From Candidatus Kaiserbacteria bacterium (lineage in GTDB: Bacteria; Patescibacteriota; Minisyncoccia; Phycocordibacterales; UBA2100): 64,000 nucleotides of DNA. The notes under the pieces are model-generated. The model did not search any database. It was not told the DNA's origin and was given only the letters and a program-made list of their open reading frames with translations. The stretch spans positions 133,869 through 197,868 of the forward strand of contig JACRFK010000004.1 in assembly GCA_016217925.1 (NCBI GenBank). The letters run 5' to 3'. This document shows positions 36,593-46,722 of the stretch, in pieces. Both the position numbers and the translations under genes were made by a program. The first letter of the stretch is position 1; every line of letters begins with the position of its first letter.

Positions 36593-36661
36593 GACATTAG
36601 TATAGCTGGAAGCAGCCAGCCCGCGGCCACCCTAAAAGGGGACAACTGATGAGGCACGCGC

Positions 36662-37198
36662 CTAGCCCTCCTGACTCTTCTTGTACATCGCTACCGATTT
36701 CTTGACGGCCTCGATGGCCTCTTTGCGACCCTTGATGCCGCCGATGGAGACGGGCGACGGCTTGCCTTTGAGCGCTTTGTACGTTTCGAAGAAGTGCGTG
36801 TACTCCTTGAGCGCGTGTTTGTTGAGGTCATGCAGATCCTTCACATCGTCCCAACGCTTGTCGTCAACGGGTACTGCGAGGATTTTGTAATCGCTCTCGC
36901 CGCTGTCTATCATTTCCATAACCGCGATCGGCCGCACAGCGACGAGAATGCCGGGGTGCAGCGGATAGCTCGTTAGTACGACGACATCAAGCGGGTCGTT
37001 GTCGTCCCAGAGCGTCTGCGGTGCAAAGCCGTAATCAAAGGGGTACGGTGCTGCGGAATAATTCACGCGGTCGAGTTTGATGAGTCCGGTCGCCTTGTCT
37101 ATCTCATATTTATTCGGCGAGCCTTTCGGTATCTCGATGATGACGTTTATCTCGTCGGGCGCATTTTCGCCGAGCGGTATGTCGTGCCAAAGGTTCAT
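36662..37198 (-). CDS. ppa: inorganic pyrophosphatase (family I)
   Basis: NVIIEIPKGS.NKYE, DPLDVVVL, DYKILAV; start set to MNLWHDIP. Confidence 0.9.
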   Translation of the reverse strand: MNLWHDIPLGENAPDEINVIIEIPKGSPNKYEIDKATGLIKLDRVNYSAAPYPFDYGFAPQTLWDDNDPLDVVVLTSYPLHPGILVAVRPIAVMEMIDSGESDYKILAVPVDDKRWDDVKDLHDLNKHALKEYTHFFETYKALKGKPSPVSIGGIKGRKEAIEAVKKSVAMYKKSQEG

Positions 37199-37236
37199 GG
37201 GAAAGAGTGTAGCAAATTGACAGGAGCAGCGGAAGG

Positions 37237-37713
37237 GTGTTAGCTGTCGCGCAGTGGGCATCCCGCCCCGGAGTACATGCCATGAACCTTAAGCAGGCGT
37301 ATCGAGTGGACGGCTGCGGTCGCCCATTCGTGATCACAATCCCTGCACACGCGAATACGTCGTCGGAGGATCTTCTGCGCAATGCAGAAGATGCGGTTCG
37401 ACCGCTACGCAGGCCGACACAGATTGCGCTCCGTCCCGCCGTCGGATATGCCGGTGAGCCGGGCGCCTCTGCCCCCAGTATTATTTTCACTGGCCAGATT
37501 CAAGCGGGGCAGAATCACGAACTCTACAATAATCCAGGTGCTGCGATGCAGGCACTGGTCAAGATTGCAGAGGAGGTCGCGCAATACTTGCCGGCGCATC
37601 TGTCGGTCGACGGGAAAAAGCGACCGTCGATTCGAATCCAGTATGACGATCAAGACGTCTATCTCGATCGCGATGGTGCGGTCACGAAGGCGCACCAGGC
37701 GGTGGAAGCCTAA
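37237..37713 (+). CDS. hypothetical protein
   Basis: 158 aa; GC-rich hairpin downstream; no homolog recognised; alternative start at 37282. Confidence 0.35.
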   Translation: MLAVAQWASRPGVHAMNLKQAYRVDGCGRPFVITIPAHANTSSEDLLRNAEDAVRPLRRPTQIALRPAVGYAGEPGASAPSIIFTGQIQAGQNHELYNNPGAAMQALVKIAEEVAQYLPAHLSVDGKKRPSIRIQYDDQDVYLDRDGAVTKAHQAVEA

Positions 37714-37861
37714 GGCAGTTGTTCGGACTTGCGCATTAACAAGCGGGGCGGCCAATCGGCCGCCCCGCGAAGAATTTATGACAGGCGCTTACTCAGCGTC
37801 TTTTTCTCCCGACGCTCTGAAGGAGGTCGGGACCCCGACCACTCCGTGCGTCGGGGTTTAT

Positions 37862-39202
37862 CTATTCAGCGTCCTTCTCCTTGTCTGTTGCAACTTCCTC
37901 CTGCTGCTCTTCGACCTTTTCTGATGCGATGTCACGGTCCTGGGCGACGGGGTCGATATTCTTCTCGCCGATGTCGGCCGGCTCTTCACCCGCAGTCATC
38001 TCCTTCTCGGTTTCTTCGAATGCACTTTCTTTTTGCGTGATGTCTTCCACTTGTGTGTCCTGGATTTTGGGAGCCTCAGTGCCGTCAGTCGCGGCGATTT
38101 GTTCACCGCCTGTCGAGCGGATATCTATCTTCCAGCCTGTGAGGCGTGCGGCGAGGCGGACGTTCTGCCCACCGCGGCCGATGGCGAGCGATTGCTGATC
38201 TTCGGCGACTTGGACAGTCGCGCGATTCTCTTCTTCGTTGAGTTCAATCGACAGTACTTGCGCGGGCTTCAGCGATTCCTTGACGAAGTCTTCCGGTTTC
38301 TCGGACCATTCCACGACGTCGATTTTCTCACCACCCAATTCGGAAGTAACGACTGCGACGCGCACACCGCGCTGGCCGACGAGTGCGCCGACCGGATCGA
38401 TGTGATCATCTTTGGAAAATACCGCAATCTTGGCACGGCTACCCGGTTCGCGGACGATGCCTTTGACCTCGACGATGCCACTGGCCATTTCCGGTACTTC
38501 GGCCTCAAACAATTTCGTGAGGAATCTAGGGTGCGAGCGCGAAAGGCGGATGAAGGTACCGCGCACGCCCTCGTCGACGCGCAAGAGAAGCGCACGCACG
38601 CGCTCGCCTTGTCGGTAGCGCTCGCCAGGGATCTGTTCGTCGTAGGGAAGTATGGCGGTCGCGCGGCCAAGGTCGACAAAAAGGTTGCCGCGCTCAAAAC
38701 GCTGCACGTGGCCCGTAACGATGTCGCCTTCTCGCTCCCCGTATTCTTGGATGATGCTCGCGCGCTCCGCTTCGCGCACTTTCTGCATGATTACCTGTTT
38801 AGCGGCTTGCGCGGCGATACGCCCGAAATCCTCGCGCGTCTCGAGCGGGAAGGAAATTTCCTCGTCGAGCTGTGAATCTTTCTTGATGCGGCGCGCGTCG
38901 GCGATCATGATGTGCTGCTCCGGATTGAAGCGCGAGCGGTGGTCGTCGTCACCCGTCGATTCTTCGCCCTCTTCGCGTACGAGCGTCTTGTCCACGACTA
39001 TTTTCGCCTGACGGAATTCCATGTCGCCTGTCGCGGGATTAAAGGTGGCGCGGATTATTTGTCCGCGCTTGCCGTATTCGCGGCGGTATGCGGCAGCAAG
39101 CGCTGTTGCAAGGGCATCGACAACAGATTCGCGTGAAATACCGCGCTCCTGCTGGAGCTCGTCGAGGGCTGAGTTGAGGGATTTGAGGTCAAATAGAGCC
39201 AT
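37862..39202 (-). CDS. nusA: transcription termination/antitermination factor NusA
   Basis: N-terminal domain, S1 domain (GDIVTGHVQRFERGNLFVDLG), KH domains (LAIGRGGQNVRLAARLTGWKIDI), acidic tail. Confidence 0.9.
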   Translation of the reverse strand: MALFDLKSLNSALDELQQERGISRESVVDALATALAAAYRREYGKRGQIIRATFNPATGDMEFRQAKIVVDKTLVREEGEESTGDDDHRSRFNPEQHIMIADARRIKKDSQLDEEISFPLETREDFGRIAAQAAKQVIMQKVREAERASIIQEYGEREGDIVTGHVQRFERGNLFVDLGRATAILPYDEQIPGERYRQGERVRALLLRVDEGVRGTFIRLSRSHPRFLTKLFEAEVPEMASGIVEVKGIVREPGSRAKIAVFSKDDHIDPVGALVGQRGVRVAVVTSELGGEKIDVVEWSEKPEDFVKESLKPAQVLSIELNEEENRATVQVAEDQQSLAIGRGGQNVRLAARLTGWKIDIRSTGGEQIAATDGTEAPKIQDTQVEDITQKESAFEETEKEMTAGEEPADIGEKNIDPVAQDRDIASEKVEEQQEEVATDKEKDAE

Positions 39203-39213
39203 AGGAATAGTAG

Positions 39214-39240
39214 TTAGCCACTAGGATTTAGCCATTAGTA
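39214..39240 (+). promoter_or_regulatory. tandem TAGCCACTAG motif (copy 2), 12 nt upstream of the nusA start codon
   Basis: TTAGCCACTAGGATTTAGCCATTAG; in gene orientation the nusA leader ...CTAGTGGCTAACTACTATTCCTATG matches the rpsG leader. Confidence 0.4.
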
Positions 39241-39304
39241 AGGTCTTTTAAAAAAAGCGTCCGCCAGAGGCGGAACGAATGAGAAGAGTTTAGCAGATGT
39301 TACG

Positions 39305-39673
39305 ATGATGTCAATGATAGATAATTCAGATGAAGTGTTCGAAAAATACGATAAACCCTTGCTTGCCTATGAAGAATTCGTACAGCGTTGCAGCAATTTT
39401 GCGAGTTTTTTTGCTCCCATAGGCAGCATGGTTGGTGACATGAATAGAAGCAAGCCTGTTTACCAAAGCTGCCTTGCGGACCATCCAGAACTCGCGGCGT
39501 TGGCAGCAGAACTTCAGGCGTATGATTTTTACAAATTTGATATAGATGAAAAAACGGGAAGGCCGATTATTAAGCCGCCCGACCCTCAAAGGCCCGTGAT
39601 GCTACGCAAGTTATATGATGCATACCTTTTAATAAGACCTTACGCAAAGAAAAAACAGGATTTGCCTATCTGA
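39305..39673 (+). CDS. hypothetical protein
   Basis: 122 aa; lower GC than its surroundings; immediately upstream of pilB. Confidence 0.4.
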   Translation: MMSMIDNSDEVFEKYDKPLLAYEEFVQRCSNFASFFAPIGSMVGDMNRSKPVYQSCLADHPELAALAAELQAYDFYKFDIDEKTGRPIIKPPDPQRPVMLRKLYDAYLLIRPYAKKKQDLPI

Positions 39674-39701
39674 ACTTTCGTGGGCGCGCTATAATTGACG
39701 C

Positions 39702-41444
39702 ATGTACATCTCCGACACACATTTGAAATCATTTCTCGCCGATGCGGGGCTTGTCTCGGCAAAAGATTTTGATACCGCAGAAGTGGAGGCCAAGCAGACC
39801 GGGCAATCGGTCGGCGACATCCTAAAAGCGAAGAGCGCCATCGGGGAGGACGAACTGCGCCGCACCTATGCGTACATCCTCGGCATTCCATTTGTATCGC
39901 TTGTGGGGACCACCATCCAGTACGACGTGCTCTCTCTTCTTCCCGAACCCGTTGCGCGCCGCAACAACATCATCGCCTACAACCATCGCGGCGAAGAGTT
40001 GGAGGTCGCGATGCTCGATACTGATGACCTGGCGGCGATAGATTTCATCAAGAAGAAGACGCATCTCAAGGTCTTGCCGCGGCTCACCGATGTCGCATCT
40101 ATCAAAGCAGCACTCAAACAGTACCAACAGGGGCTCAAAGATAATCTCGGTGACGTCATCGGCCGTGAGACCGCCGCGCTCGAAAAGACCGCTCTCGGAG
40201 AGGGAAAAGAAACAGACCTCAAAGAGATCGCGGAAGGGACACCCACAGTACGCATCGTCGATACGCTTATAAGGCACGCCAATGCCCAGAACGCATCCGA
40301 CATCCACATCGAACCGCTCGAGCAGGCTCTCCTCATCCGCTACCGCATAGACGGTATTTTGCACGACGCGATGGAATTGCCGAAGCATGCCGCGGCCGCC
40401 ATTACCGCGCGCATTAAGGTGCTCGCCAACATGCGCCTCGACGAGCATCGTTTGCCGCAAGATGGACGGTTTGGCGCGGAGAGCGGAGGCGAGAAGATAT
40501 CGTTCCGTGTTTCTATTTTGCCGACCTACTACGGCGAGAAGATCGTTATGCGTCTTTTGCGTGACTCGATATCGGGATTCACTCTCGAGAGTATCGGATT
40601 CCATGGCGTAGGACTCGAGCGCATGCACGAAGCAATGCGCAAGACGACCGGCATGATCCTCTCCTGCGGCCCGACGGGTGCCGGAAAATCAACGACGCTC
40701 TATACATTGCTCGATATCGTGAATACTCCGGATGTGAATATCTCGACCATCGAAGACCCGATAGAGTATCAGATGCCGCGCATCAATCAGACCCAAGTGC
40801 GGCCCGATATCGGATTTACTTTTGCCAACGGCCTCCGCAGCCTCGTGCGTCAGGATCCGGATATCGTGATGGTGGGTGAAATACGCGACAAAGAGACAGC
40901 CTCGCTCGCGGTGAACGCCGCCCTCACGGGCCACCTAGTACTCTCGACACTGCACACGAATTCGGCGGCGGGTGCCGTCGCGCGATTACTCGACATGGGC
41001 ATCGAGCCGTTCCTTCTCGTTTCCACGCTGCGCGTCATCATCGGTCAGCGCTTGGTGCGCAAACTCGCTCCCGATAAAGAAAAGTACGAACTTTCACGCG
41101 ATGAGCAGGCACAGCTTGAGCATGTGGTAGACCAAGGCGTCGTCCTGAAAGCACTCAAAGACGAAAAAGCCCTTCCTCCCGAAGCGACGTGGAAGAATAT
41201 GTCTTTCTTCAAACCAAAAGAAAACGGAAAGACTCCCTCTGGCTATTCCGGACGCGTCGGTATTTACGAGGTCTTACCGGTAACTTCAACCATCAAAGAG
41301 CTCGTGATGAAAAATGATACCGGCGATGCGATAGAGCATCAGGCGCGGAGCGAAGGAATGCTCACGATGAGCGAGGACGGCATTTTTAAATCGGTGCAAG
41401 GCGTCACGACAATAGAAGAAGTACTCCGAGTCATTACGGAGTAG
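39702..41444 (+). CDS. pilB: type IV pilus assembly ATPase (GspE/PilB family)
   Basis: N-terminal GSPII_E domain; Walker A GPTGAGKST; Asp box and His box regions. Confidence 0.9.
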   Translation: MYISDTHLKSFLADAGLVSAKDFDTAEVEAKQTGQSVGDILKAKSAIGEDELRRTYAYILGIPFVSLVGTTIQYDVLSLLPEPVARRNNIIAYNHRGEELEVAMLDTDDLAAIDFIKKKTHLKVLPRLTDVASIKAALKQYQQGLKDNLGDVIGRETAALEKTALGEGKETDLKEIAEGTPTVRIVDTLIRHANAQNASDIHIEPLEQALLIRYRIDGILHDAMELPKHAAAAITARIKVLANMRLDEHRLPQDGRFGAESGGEKISFRVSILPTYYGEKIVMRLLRDSISGFTLESIGFHGVGLERMHEAMRKTTGMILSCGPTGAGKSTTLYTLLDIVNTPDVNISTIEDPIEYQMPRINQTQVRPDIGFTFANGLRSLVRQDPDIVMVGEIRDKETASLAVNAALTGHLVLSTLHTNSAAGAVARLLDMGIEPFLLVSTLRVIIGQRLVRKLAPDKEKYELSRDEQAQLEHVVDQGVVLKALKDEKALPPEATWKNMSFFKPKENGKTPSGYSGRVGIYEVLPVTSTIKELVMKNDTGDAIEHQARSEGMLTMSEDGIFKSVQGVTTIEEVLRVITE

Positions 41445-41489
41445 GGGAAAAGAGAAAAAGTATTCGTTCCGCACGCTATACTTACGTGA

Positions 41490-42707
41490 ATGGTGAAGTT
41501 TACCTACACCGCTGAAAAGAGCGATGGCGAAGTATACAAGGGTGTCGCCGAGACGGCCGACCGTTTCGAACTCTACGGCATCGTGCGGCAAGAGGGCGGC
41601 AGGATTATTTCGATGGAAGAAACGGGCGGAAGCGGCTGGCTCTCGATGAGTTACTGGAACGCGAAAATGTCGCGCATTACCGAATACGAAAGGATACTCC
41701 TTGCGCGCAACTTGGGCGCCATGTTGGGCGCAGGATTGGCACTTGCGCGCGCTTTGGCCGTAATAGAACGGCAGACCAAAAATCCGAAAATGTCGTCGGT
41801 AATATCGCAAATATCTTCGGATGTGCGCCGCGGAGATACCCTGCATGATTCACTTGCAAAATATCCAAGCGTGTTCTCCAAGTTGTTCGTCGCGATGGTA
41901 CGCGCCGGCGAAGAGGGTGGAGATCTCGCGGCATCCTTGCAGGTCATATCGGATCAGATGGAGCGAATGTACTCCTTGAAAAAAAAGATACGCGGCGCAC
42001 TCATCTATCCGTGCATCATCCTCATCGCAATATTCGGTATCGGCATACTCATGATGATAGAGGTGGTGCCGACGCTCGCGCAAACATTCGAAGAAATGAA
42101 TGCAGAGCTCCCAGCATCAACGCAATTCGTCATCAGCGTCAGCAACTTCCTCGTGGAGTACACATTCTTGGCGCTCGGGGGTCTCGTCGGCTTCGGCGTC
42201 CTTATCTATGTTGCCGCGCATACAAAAGTGGGAAAGCGCGGATTGGATTTTTTCTTCCTGCACTTGCCGCTCATCGGACCGATGGTGCGCGAAGTAAATG
42301 CTGCGCGTACGGCTCGTACGCTTGCGTCGCTCCTATCATCGGGTGTTGATGTCATCACCTCGCTCGATATCGTGGGCGAAGTCGTCCAGAATTCCTATTT
42401 CCGTGCTGTCGTCAAGGATGCCGCACTCGGTGTGAGCGGAGGGCAATCGCTCGCGGCCGCATTCGTGCGGCGAGAGGACTTGTATCCCGCCTTCGTTGGC
42501 GAAATGATGGCGGTCGGCGAAGAGACCGGTCAAGTTTCCGAAATGCTGAAACGTCTCGCGGTGTTCTATGAGGACGAAGTGGACCGCAAGACCAAGGACA
42601 TGTCCACCATCATCGAGCCGTTCCTCATGCTTCTCATCGGGGGCGCCGTCGGATTCTTTGCAGTCTCGATGATAAGCCCGATCTATTCGCTTTCTCAAAA
42701 TATCTGA
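41490..42707 (+). CDS. pilC: type IV pilus inner-membrane platform protein (GspF/PilC family)
   Basis: duplicated T2SS-F domains with 3 TM helices; 405 aa. Confidence 0.85.
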   Translation: MVKFTYTAEKSDGEVYKGVAETADRFELYGIVRQEGGRIISMEETGGSGWLSMSYWNAKMSRITEYERILLARNLGAMLGAGLALARALAVIERQTKNPKMSSVISQISSDVRRGDTLHDSLAKYPSVFSKLFVAMVRAGEEGGDLAASLQVISDQMERMYSLKKKIRGALIYPCIILIAIFGIGILMMIEVVPTLAQTFEEMNAELPASTQFVISVSNFLVEYTFLALGGLVGFGVLIYVAAHTKVGKRGLDFFFLHLPLIGPMVREVNAARTARTLASLLSSGVDVITSLDIVGEVVQNSYFRAVVKDAALGVSGGQSLAAAFVRREDLYPAFVGEMMAVGEETGQVSEMLKRLAVFYEDEVDRKTKDMSTIIEPFLMLLIGGAVGFFAVSMISPIYSLSQNI

Positions 42708-42713
42708 TACGGA

Positions 42714-42741
42714 AGTATGGAGTATGAAGTATGGAGTATGG
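42714..42741 (+). repeat. heptanucleotide tandem repeat AGTATGG x4 (one copy AGTATGA) spanning the pilin-1 start codon
   Basis: 28 bp; each unit contains an ATG; it is the reverse complement of the CTCCATA repeat in pilin-3. Confidence 0.7.
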
Positions 42742-44534
42742 CGGAAAAGAAAATCTTAGATTCCCCTCTCCACACACGATACGCTATAGGCTATACACGC
42801 CGCGCTTCGCGCGGCGTCACGCTCATGGACACAGTCGTTGGTACTGCCCTCATGCTCGTGATATTCCTAGGTATATGGGCAGCATTCCAACTTTCCATCG
42901 ATGTCGTAACAAATAACAAAGCGCGCGGAAGCGCTATTGCGCTTGGGAATGAACGCATGGAATATATCCGGAGCATCACCTATGCCTCGATCGGGACCTC
43001 GGGCGGGATTCCCTCCGGGTCGATAGCGCAGTCAGAGTCCACCACGCTCAATGGTGTCACATTTACACGCCGCACCGTGATCGAATATGCCGATGATCCC
43101 AAAGATGGGACCGGCGGAGCTGATACAAATGGCATCACGTCCGATTACAAGGTCGCAAAAGTTGACGTCTCATGGACTTCACGCACGGGGGTGCGGCACA
43201 TCATACTTGTCTCTCGATTCGAGCCGCCTGCCGGCATGGAGATCGCATGTACCCCGCCGTGCGGCACGCTTACCGTGGATGTCGTCAACGCGAATTCACA
43301 GCTGCTCTCCGGCGCGTCTGTCTCCATCGTGAATTCTTCGACCGTGCCGACGATTTCCATCAACACGTTTACCAACGCGAGCGGCACGGCCTCGTTCATC
43401 GGAGCGCCAGCCGCTTCCGGCTACCAGATAGTGACAACGAAAAGCGGCTATTCGACCGCACAGACATACAGCGTCACGGCGCAAAACACGAATCCGGACC
43501 CCGGGCATCTGACCGTTTCGAATAATCAGACGACCACGGGGACCTTCGCGATAGATGTCCTTTCTTCTCTCGCCGTCAGTACGTACTCACGTTCGACGAA
43601 CACCTGGTCGGACTCTTTCTCGGATGAGAGTAAAATAGGCGCTTCGACGGACAACATTGAAGTGAGCGGCAACCGTGCGCGCTTTGAGGGTATCCAGCCG
43701 TGGACCGCACCCGCCAATCTCTATTCGCAGACGATTACCCCCATCGCACTTTCGCGCTGGGGGACTTTTTCTTGGAATGATACACAGCCTTCCGAGACGA
43801 CCATCACCTACCACGTCTACTATCCGTCGGGCGGTGGACTCACGCTCGTCCCCGATTCGGTCCTTTCGGGCAACAGTACGGGTTTTTCGTCCAGCACGTC
43901 TCTCGACGTAAGCGGCATACCCGCAGATACCTACCCGAGCCTCGTTCTTCACGCGTATCTCGTCGCTCAAAATCCCAACGCCCCTTCGCCCTCTATCGAG
44001 GAATGGAGCCTGACGTATGAAAGCGGACAGGGGATAGCGATCCCGTTCACCATGCGAGGGGCAAAGGTGATCGGCTCGGGACCGAGCGGAACCGTCTACA
44101 AATACGACCAGTTACTCACGACGAATTCTTCGGGGGCGTTGACGATCTCGAATCTCGAGTGGGACGCATATACGCTCTCCGTCGCAGCTTCCACCGGATA
44201 TGACATTGCGTCGTCATGCGCACCGCAGCCGATAGTGATCGCGCCGAACACGTCCCGCTCCGTCCAGCTCTTTCTTGCCGCACAAACGGCCAATTCTCTT
44301 CTCGTGGACGTGAAGAATAACTCCGGCACGACGATCTCGGGAGGATCGGTACGCCTCACGAAAGGCGGGTCATACGACGCGACGGTAACAACCGACGCAT
44401 GCGGGCAAGCGTTCTTCGGCGGCCTCACGAACGGCAACTATTCTGTCTCCGCTTCGTCGACCGGATATCAAACGTACTCTGCGGATGGGATTGATGTCAC
44501 CGGCACCACCCGATTCTCTATAGTACTCAACTAA
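42717..44534 (+). CDS. large type IV pilin-like protein with prepilin-type N-terminal domain
   Basis: leader ...YTRRASRG followed by the hydrophobic VTLMDTVVGTALMLVIFLGIWAAF class-III signal; 605 aa Thr/Ser-rich body. Confidence 0.7.
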   Translation: MEYEVWSMAEKKILDSPLHTRYAIGYTRRASRGVTLMDTVVGTALMLVIFLGIWAAFQLSIDVVTNNKARGSAIALGNERMEYIRSITYASIGTSGGIPSGSIAQSESTTLNGVTFTRRTVIEYADDPKDGTGGADTNGITSDYKVAKVDVSWTSRTGVRHIILVSRFEPPAGMEIACTPPCGTLTVDVVNANSQLLSGASVSIVNSSTVPTISINTFTNASGTASFIGAPAASGYQIVTTKSGYSTAQTYSVTAQNTNPDPGHLTVSNNQTTTGTFAIDVLSSLAVSTYSRSTNTWSDSFSDESKIGASTDNIEVSGNRARFEGIQPWTAPANLYSQTITPIALSRWGTFSWNDTQPSETTITYHVYYPSGGGLTLVPDSVLSGNSTGFSSSTSLDVSGIPADTYPSLVLHAYLVAQNPNAPSPSIEEWSLTYESGQGIAIPFTMRGAKVIGSGPSGTVYKYDQLLTTNSSGALTISNLEWDAYTLSVAASTGYDIASSCAPQPIVIAPNTSRSVQLFLAAQTANSLLVDVKNNSGTTISGGSVRLTKGGSYDATVTTDACGQAFFGGLTNGNYSVSASSTGYQTYSADGIDVTGTTRFSIVLN

Positions 44535-44535
44535 T

Positions 44536-45135
44536 ATGGAACGCTCATCACCTTCTAGCGGCATGGGTCTCCTCGAGGCAGTGGTATGGGTCGCGGTCTT
44601 CACTTCAGCGATGCTCGCTCTCACGTCTTCCGTCCTCTATTTCTATCGCACAAGCAATTATGCGATACAGCAAGGGTCAGCGACCGCTTCAGCGCAACGC
44701 GGCATTGACCTTATGATCCGCACTATCCGCGAGGCCTCGTATGCAAGCAACGGCGCGTATCCGATCGTCTCTATGGGAAACAACGACCTGAAATTTTATT
44801 CAGAAATTGACGGCGATCCTGCAATCGAGCGGGTGCACTACTATTTCTCCGGTACGGCGCTTGTGAAGGGAGTCATCGATCCGACGGGGGATCCGGCCGT
44901 CTACAGTGGAGTCGAAACGATCTCGACCACATCTGAGGACGTGAGGAACGTTGCTCAGGGCACATCACTTTTTTCCTACTATGATAAGAATGGCGCGCTC
45001 CTGAGCGATCTAACGAAGATCGGTGACGTGAGATACATCTCGGCGACCTTGCTCGTCGATGTCGACCCCGTCCGCTCTCCGACGCCGCTTTCGCTCCGCT
45101 CTTCCGCCGCGATGCGCAACTTAATAGGGAAATAG
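44536..45135 (+). CDS. pseudopilin / minor pilin
   Basis: short leader MERSSPSSG then MGLLEAVVWVAVF with Glu at +5. Confidence 0.7.
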   Translation: MERSSPSSGMGLLEAVVWVAVFTSAMLALTSSVLYFYRTSNYAIQQGSATASAQRGIDLMIRTIREASYASNGAYPIVSMGNNDLKFYSEIDGDPAIERVHYYFSGTALVKGVIDPTGDPAVYSGVETISTTSEDVRNVAQGTSLFSYYDKNGALLSDLTKIGDVRYISATLLVDVDPVRSPTPLSLRSSAAMRNLIGK

Positions 45136-45136
45136 T

Positions 45137-46642
45137 ATGGCGTATAGCGTATCGCGTATGGCGGGAGAAAGAAAAAGAGCAGATGCACGCTCTCTCCATA
45201 CTCCATACTCCATACTCCATACGCGCGCGCAGCGCGGCGTGACGACGATGCTCGTCATCGCGTTTATGGGGATTTTCCTCCTCATCATGGGCACTATCAC
45301 AAGCTACATATTCGAACAGGCGAAGTATGGGCGTGCTCTCTACAGTCGTGAACAGGCCCTGAGCATCGCCGAGGCGGGGCTCGAATATTATCGATGGTTC
45401 CTCGCGCACAATCCCAACAATCTGACCAATGGCACTGGTCTACCTGGTCCGTATACCTATACGGTGAGCGACCCCGAAGGTGGCACGCTGGGCTCGGCAT
45501 CAATATCGGTGGCGGGCAACTCGCAGTGCGGCGTCATCCAATCAATAGATATAACCTCGCAAGGCGCCTCGGACAGCAATACAACCTTCAAACGAACGCT
45601 TCTCGGGCGATACATGCGCAGATCTGTCGCTGCGTATTCGTATTTGTTGAATAGCAACGTATGGGCGGGAGCGGACCGCGCGATTACAGGCCAGTATTTT
45701 TCCAATGGCGGTATCCGTATGGACGGCAGTAACAACTCAGATGTCTCAAGTGCTCTTACCACCTGGAACTGCACGTCGAGTTACGGTTGTTCTCCTGCCG
45801 TGAATCCCGCAGCGGGGGTACTCGGGAGCGGGTCGGGGTCGGCGCTCTGGCACAATTCGGCCGCATCGATAGATTTTGCCGGTATCGCGACCAGCCTTAC
45901 GAACCTGAAGACCTACGCGCAAACAGGCGGCGGATTGTATTTCGCACCCTCTACCGGATCGGTCAATAGTCGCGGGTACCACATGATCTTCAAGTCGAAC
46001 GGGACGGTCGACGTGTACCGCGTGACGGGAACGACGGGCATAACAGGCTATCCGGATGGCAGCACAGCCACGACCGAATACAATATCATCGCAACGCAGA
46101 ATTTGCTCGGCAACTACACGGTACCTTCGGGCTGCCGCTTGATATTCGTCGAGGATCGCGTGTGGGTCGAAGGTGTCGTAAGCGGCAAGGTTACCATCGT
46201 CGCTGCGACACCGAGTGACACAGGCACGACTCCGTATGTGATCCTCCCCAACAACCTTACGTATGCGACCAATGATGGAACCGCTGGCTTTACCGCCATT
46301 TCGGAATCGGATGTGCTCATACCGCTCAACTCACCGAACGTGATGGAGATCCACGGTATCTTCGTCGCGCATAATGGCCGATACGGTCGCAATCATTACA
46401 CGACCTCGAGCCTGATTTCGCAATGGGACCCGTACGTCCTACGCTCGCAGCTGACAACCGTCGGCACAATTGTTTCCAGTGGCCGCACCGGTACGAAGTG
46501 GATTAATACTTCCACAGGAGTTACCACGTCGGGCTACCAAACACGCATTGATGCATACGACCAATTGCAGGCGACCGATCCGCCGCCGTTTACCCCTTCT
46601 GCCTCTACCGACTACAGTTATGTGCTGTGGAGAGAACAATGA
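45137..46642 (+). CDS. large type IV pilin-like protein with prepilin-type N-terminal domain
   Basis: leader ...HTRAQRG followed by VTTMLVIAFMGIFLLIMG; the leader is paralogous to pilin-1 (LHT.Y.I..TR.A.RGVT). Confidence 0.65.
   Translation: MAYSVSRMAGERKRADARSLHTPYSILHTRAQRGVTTMLVIAFMGIFLLIMGTITSYIFEQAKYGRALYSREQALSIAEAGLEYYRWFLAHNPNNLTNGTGLPGPYTYTVSDPEGGTLGSASISVAGNSQCGVIQSIDITSQGASDSNTTFKRTLLGRYMRRSVAAYSYLLNSNVWAGADRAITGQYFSNGGIRMDGSNNSDVSSALTTWNCTSSYGCSPAVNPAAGVLGSGSGSALWHNSAASIDFAGIATSLTNLKTYAQTGGGLYFAPSTGSVNSRGYHMIFKSNGTVDVYRVTGTTGITGYPDGSTATTEYNIIATQNLLGNYTVPSGCRLIFVEDRVWVEGVVSGKVTIVAATPSDTGTTPYVILPNNLTYATNDGTAGFTAISESDVLIPLNSPNVMEIHGIFVAHNGRYGRNHYTTSSLISQWDPYVLRSQLTTVGTIVSSGRTGTKWINTSTGVTTSGYQTRIDAYDQLQATDPPPFTPSASTDYSYVLWREQ
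45194..45221 (+). repeat. perfect heptanucleotide tandem repeat CTCCATA x4 inside the pilin-3 leader coding region
   Basis: 28 bp encoding LHTPYSILHT; not a multiple of three per unit. Confidence 0.75.
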
Positions 46643-46656
46643 TACAATCCGTCAAT

Positions 46657-46722
46657 GAATCCCGCCCTTTCTCGTTTCTCACGTTGCGCGCAACCGATTA
46701 TTCAGATAGAAAGAGCGGGATG
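46657..46722 (+). promoter_or_regulatory. hairpin element pairing the tpiA putative RBS (AAAGAG) and start codon
   Basis: GAATCCCGCCCTTTCTC ...(35 nt)... GAAAGAGCGGGATG: the arms are complementary (1 mismatch); the same element occurs at pgk. Confidence 0.5.
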
